From the NCBI GenBank assembly GCA_002269645.1, contig NIVC01002708.1:83910-147909 (forward strand): a DNA stretch of 64,000 nt. The letters run 5' to 3'. Positions 12,442 to 23,598 of the stretch are shown here, one piece after another. This DNA comes from Macrostomum lignano. Lineage: Eukaryota. How positions within the stretch are numbered: the stretch's first letter is position 1; each line of letters opens with the position of its first letter. Both the position numbers and the translations under genes were made by a program. The notes under the pieces are model-generated. The model worked only from the letters and a program-made list of their open reading frames with translations, made no database searches and was not told the origin of the DNA.

Positions 12442-15400
12442 GCCTGTCTGCCTGCCTGTCTGTCTGTCTGTCTGTCTGTCTATCCCACAGCACAAACCAG
12501 CACTGATAACCTGTATGTATGACCCGTTCCACTCCGCAGCGCGATGGTGAGCCTGCTGCAGCTGGGCAGCCGGCTGACAGTCCCAGTGTCGCTGCCGCTA
12601 CAGCCGCAGCCGGCCCTGGACTATCAGTGGCTGCCAGCCAAGCTAACGGCTCAGTCTAAAGCCGGCTCTGTTCGCGAATGGCCTCTGTTGGAATTTGCGC
12701 TCAGAAAGAATTGGGAAGGCATCGCCTATATTATTGTGGACAAGCTGCTGCAGTCTGAGCCTTTCTTTTCCATTCTGACTGTAAGTTTTTTGTTCAAGTG
12801 TATGAGGTATTGATGACCAGCTGCAATAATGGGGCTATTGTTAGTGAGGATAGATAAGCTCTTCTCATCATGGGTAGATAAGCTCTTCTCATCATGAGTA
12901 GATAGTGCTTCTCATCATGGGTAGATAAGCTCTTCTCATCATGGGTAGATAAGCTCTTCTCATTATGGGTAGATTATTTTACTAAGTTTATTAAGAATAC
13001 TATTTGATGTAGCAAAACTTTGCAGAGCTGCATCCGCTCATTCAATTATCATTTCGTGTTCGCTTTGATGCGCCGCCATCCGACCAAGTCCCTATCGGAT
13101 CCGCAGCACCGGTCCACTTTGCTGCACGTGCTGGCTAAAGCCGGCGAGACTAATTCAAATTTTGACTTGCAGTTTAAGGTATGTGGTTTGCTCCTTTGTG
13201 TAAGGGTTCGATGAGAGGGTGAGCGGTGAAGGGTCAGAGGGAGGGATGAAGGGTCAGGGGGGAGGGATGAAGGGTCAGGGGGGAGGGATGGAGGGTCAGA
13301 GGGTGAGGGATGGAGGGTCAGAGGGTGAGGGATGGAGGGTCAGAGGGTGAGGGATGAAGGGTCAGAGGGTGAGGGATGGAGGGTCAGAGGGTGAGGGATG
13401 AAGGGTCAGAGGGTGAGGAATGGAGGGTCAGAGGGTGAGGGATGGAGGGTCAGGGGTGAGAAATGAAGGGTCAGGGGGTAAGAACGTGAGATGTATTGAG
13501 GAGTGATGTTGAATAGGATAATACAGTGTAAGTAGGGGATTAAAGCGTACAAACTGATCAGAGTAGCTGACAGGCCAGAGAGGCCCAAGTTGAGGTACGT
13601 GGCAGGGTGGAGCAGAGTTTACAGCTACACGCAACTATCTCGGCCTCCGCCAGCTGTTGTCGCTGCTAACAGAGAAGGGCGTGTCGGCTACGGCCAAGGA
13701 TGCCCGGGGCGGCCTGCCGATCACCTACGCCTGTCTGCGCGGGCACTACAAGCTGGCACAGGAGCTGCTCAGGCTGAAACTGTGCCAGTCATCCGCGATT
13801 GACGGAATGGGTCGCAATCTGCTGTCAGCCACTTTCTGGTCCTATCCGGCCTATTCTGAATCTTTAAAGTAAGAGATATGAAGTTGAACTGCGTTTATTA
13901 GAGTTCTCGATATTTCGAATTTCTTGGGTATCTCGAGTTCTGCCCGTTCTTCTCAATCCTAAGCACGCACTCATACACGCGCTCACACAGGGTGTACAGT
14001 GGCCCTGACTTTCTATTCGTCAGACATGTACACTCTCTGTGCCTTTGGACTAGTAGTATGAGAATTAGTATCGATCTTTTTCAATTATTAAAACTAGTTT
14101 CCAATCCAGATTCTGCTTTTTTAAAGTCCACGACTCTGCGCCTATATAATAATCGTGCGCACGTTTCTGCCTGTTGCCAATCCCTCAGTGACTGGCTGTC
14201 AACCCTGTGCTCGTACAGCTGGGTGAACATGAACAGCCAGATCGAGCTGCCGGTGTACACGGAGCTGTGGCACCTGGAGTCCAGCCTGCCGCCCGTAGAC
14301 TATTTCAACCGATCGGCCGAATCTGCTGACATCAAATTCCGCTCGTTGACTCCGCTATTCGTCGCCATCTACCGGCACGACTTCCGTCTGGCCAGGGCGT
14401 TGCTGCTGACCCACCGAGCCGACGTCAACTCCAAGACGTCCGTGGCCGGGCGCACCCCGCTTATGGAATGCGTCGTATTTAACGATGAAGACCTAGTCCG
14501 GCTGATGCTCGACCACGACTATAAGCCAAAGTCCATGATGTCGGCGGATGAGCAGCTTCGCAGGCGGCGGCAACGGCAGTCGCCATCGGCTTTCGGTTTG
14601 CCAGTTGAATTGGACGACGATGCCGTACAATCGGCCGAGGCTGCCAGCGACTATGACGGCGGCGACACCGACTCGGTGGATGACGATAGCGACGATTCGG
14701 ACGGCGATCCCGAGTTCAGGCCGGATGCGAGCTCCGAGCAGGTGAGCCAGTCTCTGCGGAACTGCTTATTGCTTGCATGCTCGTAGGTTATTAAAGTAGT
14801 GAGACTAGCATGAGAATGGGCGAGACTAGTATGGGAATGGTTGAGACTAGTATGGGAATCCGTGAGACTAGTATGGGAATGGGTGAGACTAGTATGGGAA
14901 TGGGTGAGACTAGTATGGGAATGGGTGAGACTAGTATGGGAATGGGTGAGACTAACATGAGAATGGGTGAGACTAGTATGAGAATGGGCGAGACTAGTAT
15001 GAGAATGGGTGAGACTAGTATGGGAATGGGTGAGACTAGTATGGGAATCGGTGAGACTAGCATGAGAATGGGTGAGACTAGTATGAGAATGGGTGAGACT
15101 AGTATGAGAATGAGCGAGACTAGTATGAGAATGAGTGAGACTAGCGATGCTATAGAATGCAAATGAGTGAGATATCGAAGGATTGAGATTGAGACAAATA
15201 TGAGAACACTCGTATGTCACATTGGCAATACCGAAGCCATTTAGCACTTCTCTATCGCAACCAATCAGCTTCGCGGAATTCGTTCGTCGCCAAAGAAGCG
15301 GCCGAAGAAAACGGCGGCCGGCGCCGGCCCGGCCGCTAAGCCTCGCCTTCGCCGCCAGCGTACCACCCTGCGCCAGCAGTGCGCCTTCGCCAGAGACTAC

Positions 15401-18400
15401 ACGTCTCAGGCCAAGACTAGCTCGGCCAATCTGCGCCTGCCCGACTCGGCCGGCCGCGGCCTACTCGATTACGTCATTGATCCTTGGCCGGGCGTTGCTC
15501 ACGATAATTGGCGCATATTTCTGCTTCTAGTAGACGCCGGCTGTACTATTCACCCAACATTTGACAGCCTGCTGCAGCTGGCGCTGGATAAGTCCGCCTC
15601 CAGGATTGCTCGCCTGCTGCAATTGAAACGGCGCGTACCGTTTGCCGATTGGCGCTATCCGCTGGTTGGCGCCGGCGCCGCCGCTCTGCAATCGGCGCCT
15701 TGCCGGCATCCGGCGAGGCCGCTGCCGCCCGACTGGGACGTCGCTACTGACGCCGCCGCGGAGCGAGCCGTTCTGGCTAAACAAGTCGGCGACAATGCCG
15801 GAGCTGCCGCCGGGTCTGGCGTCGGAGCAGGAGGTGGCGCTAGCGACGGCGCGAATCGTCGGGAGGATCGGTATCGGCCGAGGCCGGACAAGCGCTGCCG
15901 GGTGGCCAAAGTTGAGCTGGTCTGGGACGAGCGGTTCGCGCCGGCTAAACCGTTCACAGCTCTGCTCAGCCGCATCGATGTTGGCTGCAGCCTGTCTGGC
16001 CTGTACAATTTCTATAAGTTGCAGGTGGGCTTTCTTTGCTGTGTTTATTTGGTTGACTGCCTACCTCACCCTTCTCCCGGTGTCTCCCTCTCACTCCGGT
16101 GTCCCTCTCACCTCTGGTGTCTCCCTATCACTCCGGTGTCCCTCTCACCTCTGGTGTCTCCCTATCACTCCGGTGTCTCCCTCACCCATGGTGTCTCCCT
16201 CTCACCATTCTCCCGGTATCTCCCTCTCACTCCGGTGTCTCCCTCACCCATGGTGTCTCCCTCTCACCATTCTCCCGGTATCTCCCTCTCACTCCAGTGT
16301 CTCCCTCACCCATGGTGTCTCCCTCTCACCATTCTCCCGGTATCTCCCTCTCACTCCGGTGTCTCCCTCACCCATGGTGTCTCCCTCACCCATGGAGTCT
16401 CCCTCTCATCGTTCTCCCATTGTCTCCCTCGTAGCACTGGTGTCTCCCTCTCACCCCGGTGTCTCCATCTCACCCCTGGTGTCTCCTTCTCACCCTGGTG
16501 TATCCCTCTCACCCCGGTGTCCTCCTCTCACCCCTGGTGTCTCCCTCTCACCCCAGTGTCCCCCTCTTACCCCTGGTGTCTCCTCTTCCCACGGTGTCTC
16601 ACATCTTCCCACGGTGTCTCACATCTTCCCACGGTGTCGCACATCTTCCCACGGTGTCTCACATCTTCCCACGGTGTCTCACATCTTCCCACGGTGTCTC
16701 ACATCTTCCCACGGTGTCTCACATCTTCCCACGGTGTCTCACCATTTTCCAGCTGTGTCTCCTTTCGCCCCCTATCGCAGGTTCGATATGCACACATTCA
16801 CCATCACCCTCCTCATTCATTAACTGCAGTTGCTACGCCAGCGCGGCCGCAATTTTTACCTGCTATTCACGTGCTGGGGCCGCATCGGCGACACGGGCCA
16901 ATACCAGACTACTCCCTTCCCCAGCCGGGCTGAGGCTGTCAAAGAATTCGAGAAAGTATTCCGCTCCAAAACTGGCAATCGTTGGATCGATCTTGATAAA
17001 TTTGAGACCAGACAGCGCAAATACAGCCTGGTGCAGCTGGACTCTATGCGGCTGCAGCCGCGACTGCACAGCCTGCCGGTCAGCCTGGACACCCGGCTGC
17101 CGCACGAGCTGCCAGACCGGCTGGCTGACCTCATGCGAGACCTGGTGCGTGCCAAGGGGAGGTTGGCGGAGTAGCTCAGCTAAATCGGGGGGGGGGGGCA
17201 CGTGATCTGGAGTTGGTTCATTTTAGTAGCTACTTACAGTATCATAAATAGAAAGGGGTTGTAGCCTAGTGGTATAGAGCGTCGGATACGGGACTTGAAT
17301 GTCGGGGGTTCGATTCCCGATTCCACTCGGAACAATTTGTGTCCTTGGGCAAGACACATAACTCTGCATTGCTTCAGTTCATCCAGCTGTAAAATGGTGC
17401 CAGCATTAGCTGGGGTAATTGAGGGTGTGTGTGGCGACCCCCCAGTCCTTGGACTGAGCGGCCGTACGCGCAATAGCTGCGGCTGAGCTGTCGGTTGCAC
17501 GTCTGCCTATTAGGGCAGGTGTAATCAATTATTATTATAAATTGGAAGAATAGTCTGTACATTTAGTCTTTTGAATTTGTTTATTTCAAATTAAAATGTG
17601 CACACTCCTCCCGCCGCGATAGCTGAACCCCAAGATGCTGATACGCAGTTTCGCTCGCTGCTCTGGCGAAGAGGGTCACCTGGCTTTCGGCCGAGTGCCG
17701 CAGGAGTCCCTAGTCAAGGCGGCCAATCTGCTGCAGAAGATTTAGTGAGTTGTATTTGCGAAACTGATTCACTATGGGGGCACATTAGTATCACCTTTTG
17801 CATGCTCTATTAATCCCAATCTTCTCCTATGCAGCGTTTTGGCCTTGGAAGTTCGCAAGCAATTAAAAAAGCCGAAAGAGCTGGACATTAACGAGTGCAC
17901 TGAAAAGTCTAGACAGGTAAGTCAGTGCGTTGTTGTTTTACTCATTTTTGCTTGCTTTTGTAGTGTCTTTACTTTCTTGATAACTATCTGGTTCTGCTAC
18001 GAGTATTAGATCGTATCGATTAGGCTTTGAGCCTTGGCTCAACTTTTGGTCAAGGTCAAATCAGGTCAATTTAATTTCAAGGTCAAATCAGGTCAAGGTC
18101 AAATCAGGTCGATTTCAGGTCAAGGTCAAACCAGGTCAATTTCAGTTCAAGGTCAAAGCAGGTCAATTTCAGGTCAAGGTCAAACTAGGTCACTTTCAGG
18201 TAAAGGTTAAAGCAGGTCAATTTAATTTCAAGGTCAAATCAGGTTGACTTCAGGCCAAGGTCAATTCAAGGTCAAGGTCAATTTCAGGACAAGGTCAAAT
18301 CGGGTCAATTTTAGGTCAATGTCAAAGCTATTAGTACACATTGTATCAAGGTCAAGAGGTCAAAGTTGGCTCAAGGTCAAATCAGGTTCAGTTTATATTA

Positions 18401-20864
18401 AGGTCAAATCGGGTCATGTTCAGGTCAAGGTCATATCTAGTAGTAGACATGTTAACTGAATTCCGCAGATGAAAATCCTGATTTTCAGTTTAATTAGAGA
18501 TCTGTAATTATAATAAACAGTTTTACACACCATGACCTTCTTCCGCAGCTGGCCGAGCTCACAAACCAGTACTATCAGCTGGTGCCACAGACCGGTTTCG
18601 AATTCGAAGCGATCGAGCCGCTACTATCGTCGGACCATCTGGACGCTCAGCAGGCATTCATCACTAATTTGGCCGAGCTGCAGACAGCCTGTCAGATTTT
18701 GTTGGCTTCGGCGCGCAGACGACACACGGTGCACCCGTTTGACTACGCGTACAGGGCCACCGCCTGCGATATTAGTGCACTGGGCGAGGCCGACACTGTG
18801 GCTCAAGTTATACTCAGGTATAATATTTAGCAAATAATTGACTCCTTTGGCTTTGACTATGACCCTCATGAGTATTGGTCATTGACTATGACCATAGAAT
18901 CGGTCATTGACTATGACCCTAGAATCGGTCATTGACTATGACCCTAGAATCTGTCATTGACCATGACCCCAGAATCGGTCATTGACTATGACCATAGAAT
19001 CGGTCATTGACTATGACCCTAGAATCGGTCATTGACTATGACCCTAGAATCGGTCATTGACTATGACCCTAGAATCGGTCATTGACTATGACCCTAGAAT
19101 CGGTCATTGACTATGACCCTAGAATCGGTCATTGACTATGACCCTAGAATCTGTCATTGACCATGACCCTAGAATCGGTCATTGACTATGACCCTAGAAT
19201 CTGTCATTGACTATGACCCTAGAATCTGTCATTGACTATGACCCTAGAATCTGTCATTGACTATGACCCTAGAATCGGTCATTGACTATGACCCTGATCA
19301 TGAGGATTGGTCATTGACTATGACCCCCATGAGTATTGGTCATTGACCATAACCCTAGAATCGGTCATTAACTATGATACTAATGAGGATTAGTCATTGA
19401 CTATGACCCTAGAATCATACTCAATGACTATTTCATAGTCTATGAAACTTGTATCGCAGGTACATGAGCACCGTGCCAGATGCTCGCGTCACCGGCATCT
19501 ACGAGCTCTGCCGCCACGCCGATCTGGACGCAGCTGCAGCCGCGGCAGCGGCCGCCTCGTCTTCCGGATCCGCCGTTGCATTCGGTCAGCGCAAACTCCT
19601 CTGGCACGGCACCTCCGTTGGCAACGCCCTGTCAATCCTGCATCACGGCCTGCTGCTGGCTCCGCCATCCGTCTCTCGGGTTGGCCGGGCATTCGGCCGC
19701 GGCCTCTACTTTGCCGACGTGTTCGCCAAGAGCGTCGCCTACTGCCGGAACGAGGCCGGCCCCGGTTCCGGCCGCCAGTGCCTGTTCGCCTTCCTGGCCG
19801 AGGTTGACCTCACTGACTGCCAGGTGATCGCTCATTCTCACCTTTTCAAATTTTTATCGCCCCCATTTATTTAATCTCATACGGAGACACTGATATCAAA
19901 ACCATAATCTCACCTGTGCCGGGATAATTGCTCTTTCTATCAAAGCCATTAACTCACCTGTGCCGGGATAATTGCTCTTTCTATCAAAGCCATTAACTCA
20001 CCTGTGCCGGGATAATTGCTCTTTCTATCAAAGCCATTAACTCACCTGTGCCGGGATAATTGCTCTTTCTATCAAAGCCATTAACTCACCTGTGCCGGGA
20101 TAATTGCTCTTTCTATCAAAGCCATTAACTCACCTGTGCCGGGATAATTGCTCTTTCTATCAAAGCCATTAACTCACCTGTGCCGGGATAATTGCTCTTT
20201 CTATCAAAGCCATTAACTCACCTGTGCCGGGATAATTGCTCTTTCTATCAAAGCCATTAACTCACCTGTGCCGGGATAATTGCTCTTTCTATCAAAGCCA
20301 TTAACTCACCTCTGCCGAGATAATTGCCCCCGCCCTTAAAAAACCCACCTGTGAATGTTAATACGCCCAATCTCACCTGTCCCTAGTAAAATTTATTCCT
20401 TCCCAAACTGCTCATCTGTCAAGGTGGACTGGCGTGGTTCCCTGGGCAAAGCGAAACAGCAGGACGGCGCCTCATCTGAGGACAGCGATGACGATGCCGA
20501 TGACGACGGCGCCGGTGCGAATGCCGACGGCGAGCAGCCGCCTGTGCGTCACGTGATGGGCGCCAAGGTGCCCTCGCCAACCGGCGATCTGCTGTTGCAG
20601 CGTCTCGGCGGCGTTATCACCCCTCTAGGCGAGCTGGCTTCGCCCCAGCCGCCGCCGGGCAAATGCGTGAGCTACACCTATCGCCTGCTGCCCCACTCCG
20701 AGTACATTGTTAGCGACGAGACCCGGGTTCGAATCCGCTATCTGGTTCGGTTCCAACTGGGTAGCCAGGGCGACAGTCGGGACGGCGAGGAAGAGACGGA
20801 AGATGACGAAGAGGACGACAGGGCGGATCAGGACGGCGACGATGACGATACCAGCGATTATTAA
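956..20864 (+). CDS. Ankyrin-repeat poly(ADP-ribose) polymerase (ANK-WGR-PARP_reg-PARP catalytic; PME-5/tankyrase-like, no SAM), 26 exons, ~2647 aa
   Basis: Manual exon join with GT-AG sites and matching phases: 956-1136,1900-2054,2638-3275,3431-3548,4064-4462,4889-5104,5370-6006,6508-6692,7801-8217,8579-8872,9624-9755,9841-9943,10411-11049,11366-11637,11726-11802,12540-12780,13026-13178,13654-13868,14219-14741,15269-16024,16830-17144,17623-17744,17835-17916,18549-18817,19460-19823,20424-20864. Sum is 7944 nt, divisible by 3. Many ankyrin motifs ([56 protein letters not shown]), WGR (FTCWGRIG), PARP_reg ([10 protein letters not shown]), catalytic LLWHGT / [12 protein letters not shown] / SEYIV. 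A few acceptors (e.g. 4889 vs 4841) are ambiguous. Confidence 0.9.
1416..1800. repeat. (GTTA)n/(GTAG)n/(GTCA)n microsatellite
   Basis: Direct reading; PARP intron 1. Confidence 0.95.
2152..2575. repeat. 30-bp minisatellite GTGAGCCTTGACATCTCAGCAATTCCCCCC
   Basis: ~14 tandem copies; PARP intron 2. Confidence 0.95.
3606..3780 (+). repeat. Dispersed intronic repeat, copy 1 (PARP intron 4)
   Basis: AGATTCAATTTAGACTACTGAGAAAAGTAGACAA...CGCCATAAAAGA...CTCCCACTTTTAGTGTGTC is shared with 5148-5296. Confidence 0.8.
5148..5296 (+). repeat. Dispersed intronic repeat, copy 2 (PARP intron 6)
   Basis: Same terminal blocks as 3606-3780, with a divergent, shorter middle. Confidence 0.8.
6012..6382. repeat. 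~16-bp minisatellite CACGAGCTCGAATCTT
   Basis: Tandem copies starting immediately after the donor at 6007; PARP intron 7. Confidence 0.93.
6770..7655. repeat. 29-bp purine-rich minisatellite GGAGATTAGAGAGGCCGATAGGGAGAGAC
   Basis: Direct reading; PARP intron 8. Confidence 0.93.
8272..8485. repeat. ~30-bp minisatellite CTTGAAGCTTTTGATAACTGAAATTCCC
   Basis: Direct reading; PARP intron 9. Confidence 0.9.
8925..9565. repeat. 24/28-bp minisatellite CCTTCAGTGGGGTGCTTCCTTGGT
   Basis: Direct reading; PARP intron 10. Confidence 0.95.
10060..10397. repeat. 24-bp minisatellite CAGCTGTACAAATCTCTGACACCC
   Basis: Direct reading; PARP intron 12. Confidence 0.95.
11031..11245 (+). repeat. 40-bp tandem repeat of an exon end plus splice donor (AACTATTCTCACCTGTCTG/GTAAGGGTGCTGTTTTCCTAG) x5
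   Basis: Copy 1 spans the exon 13 / intron 13 junction at 11049|11050. Confidence 0.95.
11826..12482. repeat. (TCTG)n microsatellite
   Basis: Direct reading; PARP intron 15. Confidence 0.97.
12850..12975. repeat. ~25-bp minisatellite TAGATAAGCTCTTCTCATCATGGG
   Basis: ~5 copies; PARP intron 16. Confidence 0.88.
13212..13480. repeat. ~22-bp G-rich minisatellite GAGGGTGAGGGATGGAGGGTCA
   Basis: Direct reading; PARP intron 17. Confidence 0.9.
14798..15145. repeat. 21-bp minisatellite GAGACTAGTATGGGAATGGGT
   Basis: Direct reading; PARP intron 19. Confidence 0.95.
15940..17144 (+). other. WGR domain exons of the ankyrin PARP
   Basis: LYNFYKLQ|[52 protein letters not shown] matches the WGR consensus (FY..Q...F..WGRVG....A...F.K.F..KTGN.W). 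Confidence 0.9.
16065..16745. repeat. Compound pyrimidine-rich minisatellite (CCGGTGTCTCCCTCTCAC..., then 20-bp TCACATCTTCCCACGGTGTC)
   Basis: Direct reading; PARP intron 20. Confidence 0.92.
17255..17538 (+). mobile_element. tRNA-derived SINE with a MIR/CORE-like central domain (copy 1, in PARP intron 21)
   Basis: A box TAGCCTAGTGG and B box GGTTCGATTCC; central TGTGTCCTTGGGCAAGACACATAACTCT...CAGTT...CTGTAAAATGG; 3' tail ending in (ATT)n. Homologous to 55913-56220. Confidence 0.85.
18045..18432. repeat. Degenerate (AGGTCA/AGGTCAAATC)-rich repeat
   Basis: Dense AGGTCA hexamers; PARP intron 23. Confidence 0.88.
18855..19420. repeat. 25-bp minisatellite GGTCATTGACTATGACCCTAGAATC
   Basis: ~20 copies; PARP intron 24. 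Confidence 0.95.
19460..20864 (+). other. PARP catalytic domain exons (H-Y-E triad intact)
   Basis: RKLLWHGT (PARP1 H862 position), [18 protein letters not shown] (Y896, K903, S904, Y907 positions), [30 protein letters not shown] (E988 position). Stop TAA at 20862-20864. Confidence 0.92.
19905..20330. repeat. 44-bp minisatellite AACTCACCTGTGCCGGGATAATTGCTCTTTCTATCAAAGCCATT
   Basis: ~9.5 near-identical copies; PARP intron 25. Confidence 0.96.
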
Positions 20865-21001
20865 CTTGTAGCAGCCTCCATAACTATACACTGCCGATAT
20901 GTATCGTAGTACACTTGTTTAAGGAACTTTTTTCTCTTTTTTTCTTGCTAATGGTTAGTTTCATTTCTACTATATATTTGGTTTTCAATAATCTTCTGCG
21001 G

Positions 21002-21007
21002 AATAAA
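21002..21007 (+). terminator. Candidate polyadenylation signal (AATAAA) of the PARP gene
   Basis: AATAAA about 140 nt after the stop, in an AT-rich UTR. Confidence 0.4.
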
Positions 21008-22004
21008 ATACTTTTATTGAAGTTCTCCAATAATTTTGTATCGAACTGTGTTATACCTCTGTTTTGTTCATTCTTTGATAATTACACCGATTTTATTACC
21101 TTATTCTCACTAAATTGCTGAGTTTCCTGTTTCAAATCTGATTTTTAAAAACCAAAGCTTTTTCTGTCATTAACCGCTATTTAATTTAGTTTACAATCAT
21201 TTGAGCCGACCTGAACTCAAAGTAAAACCCGCTTGTGCCTGTTTATAATTTCATTTCAGGATGTCCTCCTGTTGCTGGTCCCACACTGAGTTGTTACCAT
21301 GTTATTGTTCGTTAAAATAATTATTAGTGTCGGTGTCGCGTCACAATTTTCACTAAAATTGATTAAACAATCAAATATTAATTCTAGGAAGTACGAGCTA
21401 ATTTCCGTATGTTGCTACTCATTACTAGTATAGTAGCTCGAACATTATTGACCTTTTTGAATGCTAGATACTTTGTTTTACAATTTCTAAGTTAAATTCT
21501 TATTACCTGTCTATAGGCCCCTTTTCAAATTATTGTTCCGTTCTGAACTTTTTATTAGTAGACAGAAATCATGACTTTGCCTTACATACTACTCAACTTT
21601 TGTGTTGTTGTTTTCATTGTTTTAAATTATTCGATAGTGAAATTCAACTGCACTTGATTAAAAAAGCTGAAATTTTCCTAAAATTTCTGCTTCTCTTTTT
21701 ATAGTGCCTCTAAAACTTGCACTTTATTCTCCCCATTTAATCATCTGTGGCTCCCGGCACTACTGCACTATGTACAGATATAAATTATACCATAAGTAGT
21801 ATGTAGTGTGCTGTCCCGCGTTTTCTAAATCCATCCGATTGATTTCCACATTTTTTCAATAGCGAATGACGGTGTCTGGTTTTGCTGATTTTTCCTTTAT
21901 GTTCTTTTTTCCATTTCTAAAATAATTTGTCATCTTTGCCTGCTGAATTGGCTGTTAGTGTGATAATATAAATATCTATGACTACAAGTAAATATATCTA
22001 TGAT

Positions 22005-22385
22005 GGATTGCTCATCTATCCTATCATTAGTTAATGAATAGATTGGATTGCTAATCTATCCTATCATTAGTTAATGAATAGATTGGATTGCTAATCTATC
22101 CTATCATTAGTTAATGAATAGATTGGATTGCTAATCTATCCTATCATTAGTTAATGAATCGAATGGATTGCTAATCTATCCTATCATTAGTTAATGAATC
22201 GAATGGATTGCTAATCTATCCTATCATTAGTTAATGAATAGATTGGATTGCTAATCTATCCTATCATTAGTTAATGAATAGATTGGATTGCTAATCTATC
22301 TTATCATTAGTTAATGAATCGAATGGATTGCTAGTCTATCCTATAATTAGTTTATTAATGAATAGATTGGATTTCTAAGCTATCA
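22005..22385. repeat. 40-bp minisatellite GATTGGATTGCTAATCTATCCTATCATTAGTTAATGAATA
   Basis: ~9 copies, intergenic. Confidence 0.95.
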
Positions 22386-23024
22386 AGCTAATAGTATAGC
22401 AGTTTTTACTTAATTCTGTTTTTCTGTGTTCTAGTGTGTTGCGAGTGCACCTCGTTAAAAACCAAATAAACGCTGATCTGCTATGTCTTGTTTTGCAAAC
22501 TTTTTAACTTAGTCCTAATAATAAATAAAAGTCGATAGCGATTTTGCAAAGTTTCTTAATAATTTTGCTAAGAAAAGTTTACAGAGCTTTCAGGGGTAAG
22601 AGGAGATCTGATAGTCAAGTTTGGATTAATTAGCAGAAAAATTTGCATTCAGCCTGGGCCAATTCAGTGCGGTGGCAGCAATGGCTCGTAGTGGGGGGGG
22701 GGCTGGTTCAATTCCAAAGGGGGTTACAGTACAGTGAACCCAATTCAGCACTGCAAACGGTCAGGAGCTGCCTGCATGGCTCTATGTAAACTAAGATTCT
22801 CTTGCGCTAATCTGCCTACATAATTTTCTGCTTCTGCTGATCGCCGCTTGCTGTCAATTCTGAGATCGATATAAATTCGCTGCGTGAGTCAGCCTTTTGT
22901 CTGCTTGTGCATTTTAGCTGCTGTATGCGCATGCATGTCCCCTGCTGCGGTGCCTGGGGGTCTGCAGCTGCTCACTCCTATTTAGTGTCAGTCTGTGTCC
23001 ATCCCTTTTTGGCATTCTTCTATA

Positions 23025-23598
<574 letters not shown>

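Noticed and set aside
11803-12550. Long ORFs such as (SVCL)n, (DRQT)n, (SQSV)n, (PLFPSLSSL)n, (REERRG)n, also at 22907-23728, 49503-50710, 51410-52612, 53085-54715 and 59004-59574
   Set aside because: These are translations of micro/minisatellites lacking stops by chance. They lie in introns or intergenic DNA and show no domain content.
19905-20330. Regular 25-57 bp repeats resembling a CRISPR array (also 18855-19420, 28195-29682, 39898-40535)
   Set aside because: Units are head-to-tail with no unique spacers, there are no cas genes, and the context is eukaryotic introns.
956-20864. Calling the PARP a tankyrase (TNKS) orthologue
   Set aside because: It lacks the SAM domain and has WGR plus regulatory domains and a PARP1-like D-loop, so no gene symbol was given.
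22660-22740. Pol III-like A/B box pair (TGGCTCGTAGTGG...GGTTCAATTCC)
   Set aside because: No cloverleaf and no match to the SINE body. It could be a decayed element but cannot be supported.
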